Assembly (NCBI RefSeq): GCF_000758165.1 | Contig: NZ_JNUP01000067.1 | Span: 77,646-141,645 of the forward strand | From: Spirochaeta lutea | GTDB taxonomy: Bacteria > Spirochaetota > Spirochaetia > DSM-27196 > Salinispiraceae | DNA: 64,000 nt | Direction of reading: 5' to 3' | Part shown: piece by piece, positions 55,810 through 64,000 of the stretch | Position numbering within the stretch: the stretch's first letter is position 1 | How the letters are laid out: each line of letters opens with the position of its first letter | Notes under the pieces: model-generated | Seen by the model: the letters and a program-made list of their open reading frames with translations, nothing else | Databases searched by the model: none | What the model was told of the DNA's origin: nothing | Made by a program: the position numbers and the translations under genes

Positions 55810-55881
55810 GGCGCCGTACCCAAGTGGTAAGGGAGAGGTCTGCAAAACCTTCATGCACCGGTTCGAATCCGGTCGGCGCCT
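55810..55881 (+). tRNA. tRNA-Cys (anticodon GCA). CCA is not encoded.
   Basis: Acceptor GGCGCCG/CGGCGCC, D-arm CCC-AAGTGGTAA-GGG, anticodon stem GAGGT/ACCTT with loop CTGCAAA, T-arm ACCGG-TTCGAAT-CCGGT, discriminator T. Confidence 0.8.
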
Positions 55882-55916
55882 CTTTTTTTCCGTTCCTCTC
55901 GGAACGGTTTATATAC

Positions 55917-55947
55917 AGGCCGGCCTTTTTGAGGCTGGCTTTTTTTC
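55917..55947 (+). terminator. Rho-independent terminator downstream of tRNA-Cys, preceded by a second small hairpin at 55890-55907.
   Basis: Stem GCCGGCCT / AGGCTGGC (one mismatch), loop TTTTG, then a T-run of 7 nt. Confidence 0.5.
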
Positions 55948-56087
55948 TATCCAGACCGGAGGGACCCCCAAGCAGCGCGATCTAAAACCCCGGCAGCCAC
56001 CCCTGGTCCTCGTTTCTAGGTGCAAGGCCTGGCATCCTGCAGCTCGGCCTCCCCTGGAGCAGAACCTGGACCTACACCGACTGGAGA

Positions 56088-56537
56088 TTATCGCCTTTTT
56101 TCAGCCTCATGACTTGAGAATTTCTCCACAGCCTCTTGAATCATGGGCGCGGGGCCGGGACGGCCGTTTACCAGGGTGGCGGCGGTAATACGGGCATCAG
56201 CCATAACTACCCCGTCGGAAGAACGTACAATCTGCTGGGTAAACCGGTATCTCAGGCGTCCCCGCGGTTCCACCTTGAGACGGACGGAGAAGCGGTCGCC
56301 GGAACGCAGACTCTGACGGTAATCCACCTCTATATTCACCACCACGGGGTCAATGCCCTGGGTATGAAGCTCGGCGAAATCCAGGCCGATGGTACGCATA
56401 AACATATGGCGTCCGTGCTCAAAATAGTTCAGGTAGGTTGCGTTATTCACTATTGCCTGGGAATCCAGTTCATAATCCCGAACATCCAAGGTAACTTCAA
56501 AGATCCAATCCTTCATGGTATGCTGCATCTCCTTCAT
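56088..56537 (-). CDS. Acyl-CoA thioesterase, hotdog fold (YbgC/4HBT family). Start may be the internal MKDWIF at 56516.
   Basis: YELDSQAIVNNATYLNYFEHGR is the typical 4HBT active-site region. About 140 aa. Confidence 0.75.
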   Translation of the reverse strand: MKEMQHTMKDWIFEVTLDVRDYELDSQAIVNNATYLNYFEHGRHMFMRTIGLDFAELHTQGIDPVVVNIEVDYRQSLRSGDRFSVRLKVEPRGRLRYRFTQQIVRSSDGVVMADARITAATLVNGRPGPAPMIQEAVEKFSSHEAEKRR

Positions 56538-56592
56538 ATAGTACGCAAAACGACAGAACCATCGTTCTTCATTTCCGAACTTAGCATTTCTA

Positions 56593-57201
56593 TCAGAGGG
56601 TCCTCTGCTCCCGGTAGCGTTGATATAAGGATAGAGGAATCATCATCACGCCGTTCACTAAAAAATCGTCCCTTCTGCCTTGGAGGATTTCAATCTCCGG
56701 CACAAGCTCCACGTCCAGCAACTCCAGGGGATCCAGGTTCTGGCCGCCGGGTGTTTCCAGATCCTCGGCAAGGTAACAATGCAGGTGATTTGTCATAAAG
56801 GCTGGATTCGGATTCATCGAGCCCAGGGTAGTCCATTGTTTTGCGGTATACCCGGTTTCCTCCGTCAGCTCCCGGCGCACTGCATCATCGGGAGACTCCC
56901 CGGAATCCACAAGTCCCCCGGGAAACTCCAGGGCAAGCCGCCCCTCGCCGTGCCGGTATTGTCGGACCATGACAAAGCAGCGTCTGCCCCGGGAATCCTG
57001 GGTTATGGCGATGACGTTCACCCAGTCGGGGCTTTCCACCAGGGTAAAATCACCCTCGTCCCCCCGGATATTCCGATGACGGGCCTCCAGGACCGTCAGA
57101 ATCGGGGAGGTGTACACCCTGCGGCGACGAATCTCTGTCCAATGTAAACGGGAGGTATCTTCCATCCGGGCATGGTAGCCCGGGTGATCCAGGTAGAACA
57201 A
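56593..57201 (-). CDS. NUDIX hydrolase (ADP-ribose pyrophosphatase-like).
   Basis: Nudix box GGLVDSGESPDDAVRRELTEETGY. Confidence 0.8.
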   Translation of the reverse strand: MFYLDHPGYHARMEDTSRLHWTEIRRRRVYTSPILTVLEARHRNIRGDEGDFTLVESPDWVNVIAITQDSRGRRCFVMVRQYRHGEGRLALEFPGGLVDSGESPDDAVRRELTEETGYTAKQWTTLGSMNPNPAFMTNHLHCYLAEDLETPGGQNLDPLELLDVELVPEIEILQGRRDDFLVNGVMMIPLSLYQRYREQRTL

Positions 57202-57285
57202 GCAGTGAAATCACCCTGAAAAGAGAAAAACCAGGCCCTGGGGGAAAAATTTGCGGATATCCAGGGAATACATTAGCATTCTAGT

Positions 57286-59271
57286 ATGAGAATCCGCGGA
57301 AAATTCATGACCATGGTCGGTTTACCCCTGGCCGGACTGATTGCAATTTTGGGTGTGGGGCTTTTCAGCTTCATACGGATCCAGGACATCAGCACCGAAC
57401 TCAGTAGGGTTGAAGAGTATTTGGCCGCTCTGATCAATGCCGACCGGGATGCGTACCAGGCCTACCTGAATGAACTGCAGGCCGCCGCGACCATAGATGC
57501 CGCGGAGCTTCAGGCCATCGACCGGGAAAGCACCGAAAATCTGGACCAGGTACTCCAGCGGGTGGACAGCACCAAGGCCGGACACGATCAGGAAATGGCC
57601 CGGGTATACCAAGACTTCCTGGGAGAATACAATATCTGGCGGGCCAATAGCCGGGACATTATCGGCCTCTCAAGTTCTTCCGCCGAGGAGATCCGGGCTG
57701 CCCGAACCGCTGCAAGGAACGCGGCCTCATCATTTGAGGTAACCCGGGCTATCATTGACCAACTCGGCCAGTTGGTGGACACAGCTCTCCAGAATCAGGG
57801 TATCTCCTTACAACGCCGCCTCGCTTTAGAATCCGCCCAGTCCCTGGTGCTGAATGCAGACCGCGATATCTATCAGGCCCTGGTTACCCAGCTGCAGGCA
57901 GTAGACGCCCAAACCCGCGCCGATTTGGAAGCCCTCCACCAGGAGAATACCGAAAATCTGGATCAGACCCGGGATAGAATCGATCAGGCTGCTGCCATTA
58001 TCGGCCAGGGGGGCGCCAGTCTGGTGGCGGAGTTCACCCTGGATTTCGCGAATTACCGCAGGGAAAATAACCGGTTCTTTGAAGAGATGCTTCTGTCCAT
58101 TGATGATATTGCCCGGCGGTCCCAGATTAGCGCCCAGAACACCTCCACCTTTGAAGGTATGCGGGAGGATATTGACGGGTTGGTACAACTCGAAGAGAAC
58201 CGCGCTGTAGAACTGCGGAATAATTTAGCAACCCTGATCCGAGGCAGTGTGGTTACCTACATCATCATAACCCTGGTTATTCTGGGGGTATCGGTGCTCA
58301 CGGCAGTGCTCATTGCCCTGGGGCTCATTCGCACCATCACCGCTGGGAAGAATGCCATGGACGAGCTTGCCCAGGGTAACCTGGACCTGGAGGTTCACAG
58401 TACCCAGCAGGATGAGATCGGCGATTTGGCCCGAGCCATGGATGGGACTGCGGCGCGACTCCGGGATATTGTTTCGGGGATTCAGAATACTGCTGCCCAG
58501 CTCAGCTCAGGGAGCAACCAGATCAGCAGCGCCGCCCAGGGACTTTCCGAGGGTGCCACCGAACAGGCCGCAACCACCGAAGAAATCTCCAGCTCCATGG
58601 AGCAGATGATGGCCAGCATCGATCAAAACAGCCAAAACGCCCAAACCGCCGAGGTCATTACCACCACCGTGGAGAGGAACGCCGAAGAAAGCAATAAATC
58701 GGTCCAACAAACGGTTCAGGCTATGAAGGAAATCTCCGAGCGGGTGGGTATTATCGGTGAAATTGCCCGGCAGACCAACCTCTTGGCCCTCAACGCGGCC
58801 ATTGAAGCCGCCCGGGCGGGTGAATACGGCAAGGGCTTTGCTGTAGTTAGTTCGGAAATACGCAAGCTCGCCGAGCGCAGCGGTAAGGCGGCGGAAGAGA
58901 TCGGCGACCTGACCGGGCAGTCTGTCCGCAGCGCAGAGGATACCGGAGGGAAACTCATTGCCCTGGTGGAGGAAATCCGAAAGAGTGCGGATTTGGTCAG
59001 GGAAATCAGTGCAGCAAGCAGGGAGCAGAGCTCAGGTACCGACCAGATTACTAGAGCGCTCTCCGACCTGGATACCGTCGCCCAGTCGACCTCCAGCTCC
59101 AGCGAGGAGCTGGCCTCGGCTTCCGAGGAACTGGCTGCCCAGGCAATTTCCTTGAGCGAGATGATCTCCTTCTTCCACACCGAAGCCCAGACAGGAAAAA
59201 CTACCCCCGGGCTGCTGGCGGATCACCGGCTGAACTCCGGCGGTTCAGATGATTCCGGAGATTCGGAATAA
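57286..59271 (+). CDS. Methyl-accepting chemotaxis protein.
   Basis: N-terminal TM helix, HAMP after the second TM helix, and the highly conserved signalling domain [37 protein letters not shown]. Confidence 0.85.
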   Translation: MRIRGKFMTMVGLPLAGLIAILGVGLFSFIRIQDISTELSRVEEYLAALINADRDAYQAYLNELQAAATIDAAELQAIDRESTENLDQVLQRVDSTKAGHDQEMARVYQDFLGEYNIWRANSRDIIGLSSSSAEEIRAARTAARNAASSFEVTRAIIDQLGQLVDTALQNQGISLQRRLALESAQSLVLNADRDIYQALVTQLQAVDAQTRADLEALHQENTENLDQTRDRIDQAAAIIGQGGASLVAEFTLDFANYRRENNRFFEEMLLSIDDIARRSQISAQNTSTFEGMREDIDGLVQLEENRAVELRNNLATLIRGSVVTYIIITLVILGVSVLTAVLIALGLIRTITAGKNAMDELAQGNLDLEVHSTQQDEIGDLARAMDGTAARLRDIVSGIQNTAAQLSSGSNQISSAAQGLSEGATEQAATTEEISSSMEQMMASIDQNSQNAQTAEVITTTVERNAEESNKSVQQTVQAMKEISERVGIIGEIARQTNLLALNAAIEAARAGEYGKGFAVVSSEIRKLAERSGKAAEEIGDLTGQSVRSAEDTGGKLIALVEEIRKSADLVREISAASREQSSGTDQITRALSDLDTVAQSTSSSSEELASASEELAAQAISLSEMISFFHTEAQTGKTTPGLLADHRLNSGGSDDSGDSE

Positions 59272-59337
59272 CCCGGAAGAATGAAGAATGCATCCCCATG
59301 GGGGGATGAGTTCCAAGGCCGGAGAGTTTAGGCTACA

Positions 59338-60951
59338 ATGGGATTGATGAAGAAAAACCATTGGTACACCCGGCTGAAAAGCCTCATTGAATACAGCCTC
59401 AGAAATCTCTACGAACGCGATCAGACCGTACGGCTCAGTCTGCTGGGGGCTCTGGCAGGGGAATCGGTATTCCTCCTGGGTCCGCCGGGGGTGGGAAAGA
59501 GCCTGATCGCCCGGCGGCTTAAATACTGCATCAGGGACGGCAGGGCCTTTGAATACCTCATGGGACGGTTCTCCACCCCGGATGAACTATTCGGACCCGT
59601 GTCCATCCAGCGGCTGACGAACCAAGACCGCTACGAGCGGCTGGTTTCCGGTTACTTGCCGGATGCGGACATCGTCTTCCTGGATGAGGTATGGAATGCC
59701 AGCCCACCCATTCAAAACGCCCTGCTCACCGCCATGAATGAAAAAAGGTACCGCAACGGCACCGAGGAACTCACCATCCCCATGAAACTCCTCATGGGAG
59801 CATCCAACAGCCTGCATCCCGGGGAGGAAACGGCGGCCTTCTGGGACCGGTTTCTCATCCGCCTCCAGGTACATCCCATAACCGAACAGCAGAGTTTCCT
59901 GGATTTTCTCCAGGATCAGGAAGATCCCTATGCCGACCCGGTGCCCCCGGAGGTTAAAATCACCCGGGAAGAATGGGAAACCTTCCAGGCCCAATCCACC
60001 GAGGTTACCCTGCCTCCTGTCATAACCAACCTGCTCTACCAGGTACGGTCCGCCCTGGCGGCTGACCACCCCAGCTCTGACCGGCGCTGGAAAAAGATCC
60101 TGCGGCTGCTAAAAGCGAGCGCCCTAGCAAACGGACGAGACAGCATCGGACTCTCGGACTGTTTCCTCCTGGAACATTGCCTCTGGGAGACTCCCGACCA
60201 GGCCGAGACCATGGGTGAACTTATCAACCAGGCGGTTTCCCGCAGTCTCCAGGAACTGCAACGACCCCTGATGAGAGAACTGGAGGGCTGCCGGGGAGCG
60301 CTACAGGAGATAGAACAGACCCTGGCTGACCAGGGCACCTACCAAGTGCACGAGCCGCTGATCATCGATGGAGAGTATTACCGGTTTCTGCCCGATTCCG
60401 AGGATTCAGCAGAATCGGCGGAGACCACGACAGACCGGGAATTTCGCATTTGGCGGCCCGACGCCGAACCGATTCTGGAAGAATCACCCCGGGAACAACA
60501 TGCTGAGATTTTCGTCCACCACCAGGGACGGCTGCAGTCCACCCTCCGGGGCCGACTCTGTCCCCGGGGCAGTACCGGGAACAGTCCCGGACTGGTTATC
60601 CGCTTCGATGACGCCAGGGAGATCAGGGGCACCATAGAGGTGCAGCCCCGGATGTTTCGTCCCGAAACGCCGGAGCAATTCGCTACGATCCTGGGTTCCA
60701 TGAACGGGACACCGCAACTGGAATCCTGGAAGGAAACCCTGAAGGAGAACCGCAGCAAGGTGCTTCAAGCCCTAGCGACCATTGATTCCATGGGACGGGA
60801 TTTGTCCCAGGAGATCAGCGAGCATCTCTTCACCCCCCGGGAGGAGCTGCAGACCCTGGATGCCCCCCTGGTCGACCTGGCCCGGGACTTTTCCATCCTC
60901 GGCGAAACCCTGGACCTGTACCTGAATTCCCGTACCGCCTGGAGGGACTAG
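59338..60951 (+). CDS. MoxR-family AAA+ ATPase, RavA-like.
   Basis: Walker A LLGPPGVGKSLIARRL, Walker B DIVFLDEVWNASP. Followed by a VWA-domain partner gene, as in ravA-viaA. Confidence 0.8.
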   Translation: MGLMKKNHWYTRLKSLIEYSLRNLYERDQTVRLSLLGALAGESVFLLGPPGVGKSLIARRLKYCIRDGRAFEYLMGRFSTPDELFGPVSIQRLTNQDRYERLVSGYLPDADIVFLDEVWNASPPIQNALLTAMNEKRYRNGTEELTIPMKLLMGASNSLHPGEETAAFWDRFLIRLQVHPITEQQSFLDFLQDQEDPYADPVPPEVKITREEWETFQAQSTEVTLPPVITNLLYQVRSALAADHPSSDRRWKKILRLLKASALANGRDSIGLSDCFLLEHCLWETPDQAETMGELINQAVSRSLQELQRPLMRELEGCRGALQEIEQTLADQGTYQVHEPLIIDGEYYRFLPDSEDSAESAETTTDREFRIWRPDAEPILEESPREQHAEIFVHHQGRLQSTLRGRLCPRGSTGNSPGLVIRFDDAREIRGTIEVQPRMFRPETPEQFATILGSMNGTPQLESWKETLKENRSKVLQALATIDSMGRDLSQEISEHLFTPREELQTLDAPLVDLARDFSILGETLDLYLNSRTAWRD

Positions 60952-60952
60952 G

Positions 60953-62401
60953 GTGCACCACTGTCCCTTTGCCCATGACGAGCTTCCCCTGCCTGAACCG
61001 GCTCGGATTTTTCTGGAAGACAATCTCATACGCATGTTCTCCCAGGAGCCTCCCGGGGCCTCGGCTTCCGAGGAAGCAGAGTTCTACCAGCCGGTGCTTC
61101 AGGCATTCCAGCCCTGGATCAGCCAGATTCGGGAGGCTCTGGGGCAGAATCCCGACGCGGTCATTCGTACCGCCCATGATACGGTAAGCTACATCGGTGA
61201 AATCCTTAATACCTCGGGTCTGACAGACCACATCCACACCCTGCACCACCAACTGGAGGACGAACAGGCCCTGGTAACCGACCCCCATCTATCCATCAGC
61301 CAACGAGCCCGGAAATCCCTCGCTCTGGACCGGAAAAAAGCGGTCCTCGTGGAGGGTATTCGCAGGGGATTGATACGGGTCTTGTTCCGGAGCCTGCCCC
61401 GGTATTTAGAGGATTTGACTGCTGCCGCCATGCTCTACCGCAAGAGCAGCCAGAGTATGCGCAACGCCTTCGGTATGTCCTCGGGACTCTGGGACCTGGA
61501 ACCCGGGGTTTGGCAGCGCTTCCCCTCCGACACCCTAGAAGATGCAGCAGCTATGCTTTCTCTCCACCCGAGTATTCAAGAGCTCACCGATAGCCTGGGC
61601 CGCCGGGCAGTAGAATCTCTTCCACCCCAAAAGCACCCCCCGGACATCCTCCATGAACCAGAAACCGCCCTGGGCAAGAGCGAACTGGTGGGAATTACCC
61701 AGGGCAGCAGCTTGGAGGATCTCCTGCCCCGGGAGCTCTCCTTTTTGGCGAACCCGGCCACCGGAGGCCTGTTTGTACGGGATTATGCAGAGCAACGCCT
61801 GGTGATGTACGAATATAAGACCAGGATTCCCCCTAAGAATCCCCCCCGGCAGATATTCGGGGTTGATAACCGGGAACAGCGCCTGGGGCCTTTTATTCTC
61901 TGCATAGACACCTCCGGATCCATGGCGGGCCAGCCGGAGCAGGTTGCCAAGGCCCTGAGTCTGGCGGTGCTCCGCCGGGCCATCAACAAGGGACGAAGGG
62001 TCTGCCTGGTTAGTTTTTCGGATGTCGCCACAGCCAGGCTTATCCAGCCCCGGGGAGAGGAGGGAAAGCCCCAGGGATTAGAGGATTATCTGGAGTTCCT
62101 TCAGCACAGCTTTCGGGGCGGAACAGATTTACGCCCCGCCCTGGAGGAGGCGATTTCCACAATCCGTACCAAGGGCTGGCAGGGTGCGGACCTTCTAATC
62201 GTTTCAGATTTCCGGGTACCCAAGATAATGATTAAAAAAAGCGGAAAATTACGGGCTGTTCAAGAGGAATTCGGTACCCGGGTTCATGCCCTGTCCATCG
62301 GTCAGTTTCCCATCGAGGACAGCTATAACCTCTTCGACAGCCGTTGGCTGTTCCGAATTACCCGTCACGGCGCAGCTCAAGGAATCGAAGAGACGAGTTA
62401 G
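60953..62401 (+). CDS. von Willebrand factor A domain protein, ViaA-like partner of the MoxR ATPase. GTG start, uncertain.
   Basis: MIDAS motif ILCIDTSGSMAG in the C-terminal VWA domain, with a helical N-terminal region. 1-nt gap after the ATPase gene. Confidence 0.7.
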   Translation: MHHCPFAHDELPLPEPARIFLEDNLIRMFSQEPPGASASEEAEFYQPVLQAFQPWISQIREALGQNPDAVIRTAHDTVSYIGEILNTSGLTDHIHTLHHQLEDEQALVTDPHLSISQRARKSLALDRKKAVLVEGIRRGLIRVLFRSLPRYLEDLTAAAMLYRKSSQSMRNAFGMSSGLWDLEPGVWQRFPSDTLEDAAAMLSLHPSIQELTDSLGRRAVESLPPQKHPPDILHEPETALGKSELVGITQGSSLEDLLPRELSFLANPATGGLFVRDYAEQRLVMYEYKTRIPPKNPPRQIFGVDNREQRLGPFILCIDTSGSMAGQPEQVAKALSLAVLRRAINKGRRVCLVSFSDVATARLIQPRGEEGKPQGLEDYLEFLQHSFRGGTDLRPALEEAISTIRTKGWQGADLLIVSDFRVPKIMIKKSGKLRAVQEEFGTRVHALSIGQFPIEDSYNLFDSRWLFRITRHGAAQGIEETS

Positions 62402-62461
62402 TTCACCGGAATGAGGTCAAGAACCTTGACATCCCTCCCCAGGGATGCACAGATTATAACC

Positions 62462-63400
62462 ATGAACCAGCAGATTATCGAATTAACCGATGCCTTCCTT
62501 CAAAGCTACCGGGATATCGGGGGAATAAACCACCTGGACGGCCCGAACCTGCCCAGCAGACTCGGCATTCAGACCATCATATCCGATTTGGAGAGCCTCA
62601 TTTTCCCGGGGTTCAAAACAGAGGAGGCCCTGGATCCTCAAAACCTTAAGTTTACTACGGCGGAGAAACTCAACCGGGTTATTCGGAACCTGAGCACAGA
62701 GATAACCCGCAGCCTCTGTTTCGAACGCCGGTTGAACGGCGAGAGCTATTGTATTCACCATAGTCTGAGCAAAGAGGTCAACCAGTGCAGGAAGGAAAGC
62801 GAACAGCTTGCCATGGAGGTACTTACGGAGATTCCCCGGCTTCGGGGGCTGGTTCAGGGGGATGTGGAGGCCGCCTTCGCCGGAGACCCCGCCAGCCGAA
62901 GCAGAGAAGAGGTAATCCTGAGTTATCCCGGGGTGGAGGCGATAATGATCCACCGGGTTGCCCATGAGTTATGGGTCCGCCGGGTTCCCCTCATTCCGCG
63001 GATGATGAGCGAGGTGATTCATGGCAAAACGGGAATTGATATCCATCCCGGGGCGCAGATCGGGGAACGGTTCTTCATAGACCACGCCACGGGGGTTGTC
63101 ATCGGCGAGACCTGCGAAATAGGCAGCCATGTGAAGATCTACCAAGGGGTAACCCTGGGGGCTCTCTCGGTGGCGAAAGAAAAGGCCGGCACCAAACGCC
63201 ATCCCACCATCGAGGATGATGTGACCATCTATGCCGGGGCAACCATCCTGGGCGGAAAAACGGTCATCGGAAAGGGATCAACCATCGGCGGAAACGTGTG
63301 GATTACCAGCTCGGTACCCGCAGGCAGCAAAATTTACAACAAGGCCAGTGATTACATTACCATGAACAGTTTCGATTACATCCCTGACTTCCAGATCTAA
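62462..63400 (+). CDS. cysE: Serine O-acetyltransferase with an extended N-terminal helical domain.
   Basis: Left-handed beta-helix hexapeptide repeats GIDIHPGAQIGERFFIDHATGVVIGETCEIGSHVKIYQGVTLGA. Confidence 0.8.
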   Translation: MNQQIIELTDAFLQSYRDIGGINHLDGPNLPSRLGIQTIISDLESLIFPGFKTEEALDPQNLKFTTAEKLNRVIRNLSTEITRSLCFERRLNGESYCIHHSLSKEVNQCRKESEQLAMEVLTEIPRLRGLVQGDVEAAFAGDPASRSREEVILSYPGVEAIMIHRVAHELWVRRVPLIPRMMSEVIHGKTGIDIHPGAQIGERFFIDHATGVVIGETCEIGSHVKIYQGVTLGALSVAKEKAGTKRHPTIEDDVTIYAGATILGGKTVIGKGSTIGGNVWITSSVPAGSKIYNKASDYITMNSFDYIPDFQI

Positions 63401-63543
63401 GATTCGGCGGCACCCTACACTACGATTCTCCCCGCCGAGGTTGAACTCGGCCTTGTAACATCCCCGAAACTACCATCGTCCCTCCCGGCGCTTCCAAGAA
63501 AAATTCTTGCAACCCCGATACGAAACGGGTACTCTGATTACTA

Positions 63544-64000
63544 TGCCGAGACTAATTGGAAAAACCATCATGCTCCGGGAGTACCGCAAGGACGACCTGA
63601 AACAGATCAATCAATTCACCCTGGATGGGGATGTAACCCGGGGGTTGTCAAACATTTTCATGGGAAACCATACCCTGGAGCGTACGGAATCCTTCCTGCA
63701 GTACGTATTAACCTACGGGGGCAATGATGCGGTTTTCTGGATTATCGCGGAAAAAGAAACCGGTGATTACCTTGGCCAGATTGACGTTTCAGCCATCGAT
63801 TGGACCTCGGGAATTGGCACCCTCGGGATTGTCATTGCCGACTGCAAGAACCACGGCCGAGGAATCGGTACCCAAGCCCTGGCATTGTTGTTGGATTATT
63901 GTTTTAGCCGGATGGGTTTGCGGAAGGTGGAGCTCCTGGTGTTCACCTTCAACCGTCCCGGGGTAGCCTGCTACCGGGCCTGCGGATTTAGGGTGGAAGG
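63544..64000 (+). CDS. GNAT-family N-acetyltransferase (RimJ/RimL-like), 5' partial. The frame runs off the end of the window and is not in the supplied ORF track.
   Basis: Manual translation from the ATG at 63544: MPRLIGKTIMLREYRKDDLKQINQF...GQIDVSAIDWTSGIGTLGIVIADCKNHGRGIGTQALALLLDYCFSRMGLRKVELLVFTFNRPGVACYRACGFRVE, with the GNAT motif A (RGIGT). No stop before 64000. Confidence 0.65.

Overview
This is a high-GC (roughly 58-60%) chromosomal window, densely coded on both strands. The gene content is Gram-negative-like, and a spirochete-like origin is plausible but not provable from sequence alone. Features, in order:

- a partial 3' gene;
- a GT28/MGDG-synthase-like glycosyltransferase;
- a BceRS/BceAB-like peptide-antibiotic sensing module (OmpR-type response regulator, intramembrane-type histidine kinase, ABC ATPase, 670-aa FtsX permease), preceded by an alpha/beta hydrolase;
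- transketolase;
- a xylan-utilisation locus (GH10 xylanase, GH43 xylosidase, ABC sugar importer, AraR-like GntR/LacI-hybrid regulator);
- a sucrose/alpha-glucan locus (LacI regulator, ABC importer, amylosucrase, divergent TreS-like GH13 enzyme);
- a pair of translationally coupled zinc-ribbon proteins;
- a YtrA-type GntR regulator followed by an SPFH protein, a LolD/LolC/LolE-like ABC set, a LolA-like carrier and a putative beta-barrel protein;
- 5-formyltetrahydrofolate cyclo-ligase;
- a complete photoactive yellow protein biosynthesis cluster (tyrosine ammonia-lyase, pyp, p-coumarate-CoA ligase);
- a tightly packed three-gene operon encoding a class III nucleotidyl cyclase fused to a STAND-type NTPase plus TPR region, a stand-alone cNMP-binding protein and a patatin-like phospholipase;
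- housekeeping genes: S1-family protease, ndk, pepF, gpsA, TetR, NAD-dependent epimerase, tRNA-Cys, thioesterase, NUDIX hydrolase, MCP, RavA/ViaA-like pair, cysE and a partial GNAT gene.

The sequence also carries a dispersed family of about 106-bp elements bounded by 21-bp inverted repeats, several tandem and direct repeat arrays, and clear palindromic operator candidates.

The most interesting candidate for a new system is the cyclase-STAND / cNMP-receptor / patatin operon. It resembles a Pycsar/CBASS-like cyclic-nucleotide abortive-infection module, but with a STAND sensor fused to the cyclase and a split receptor and effector. It sits next to the PYP photoreceptor cluster.
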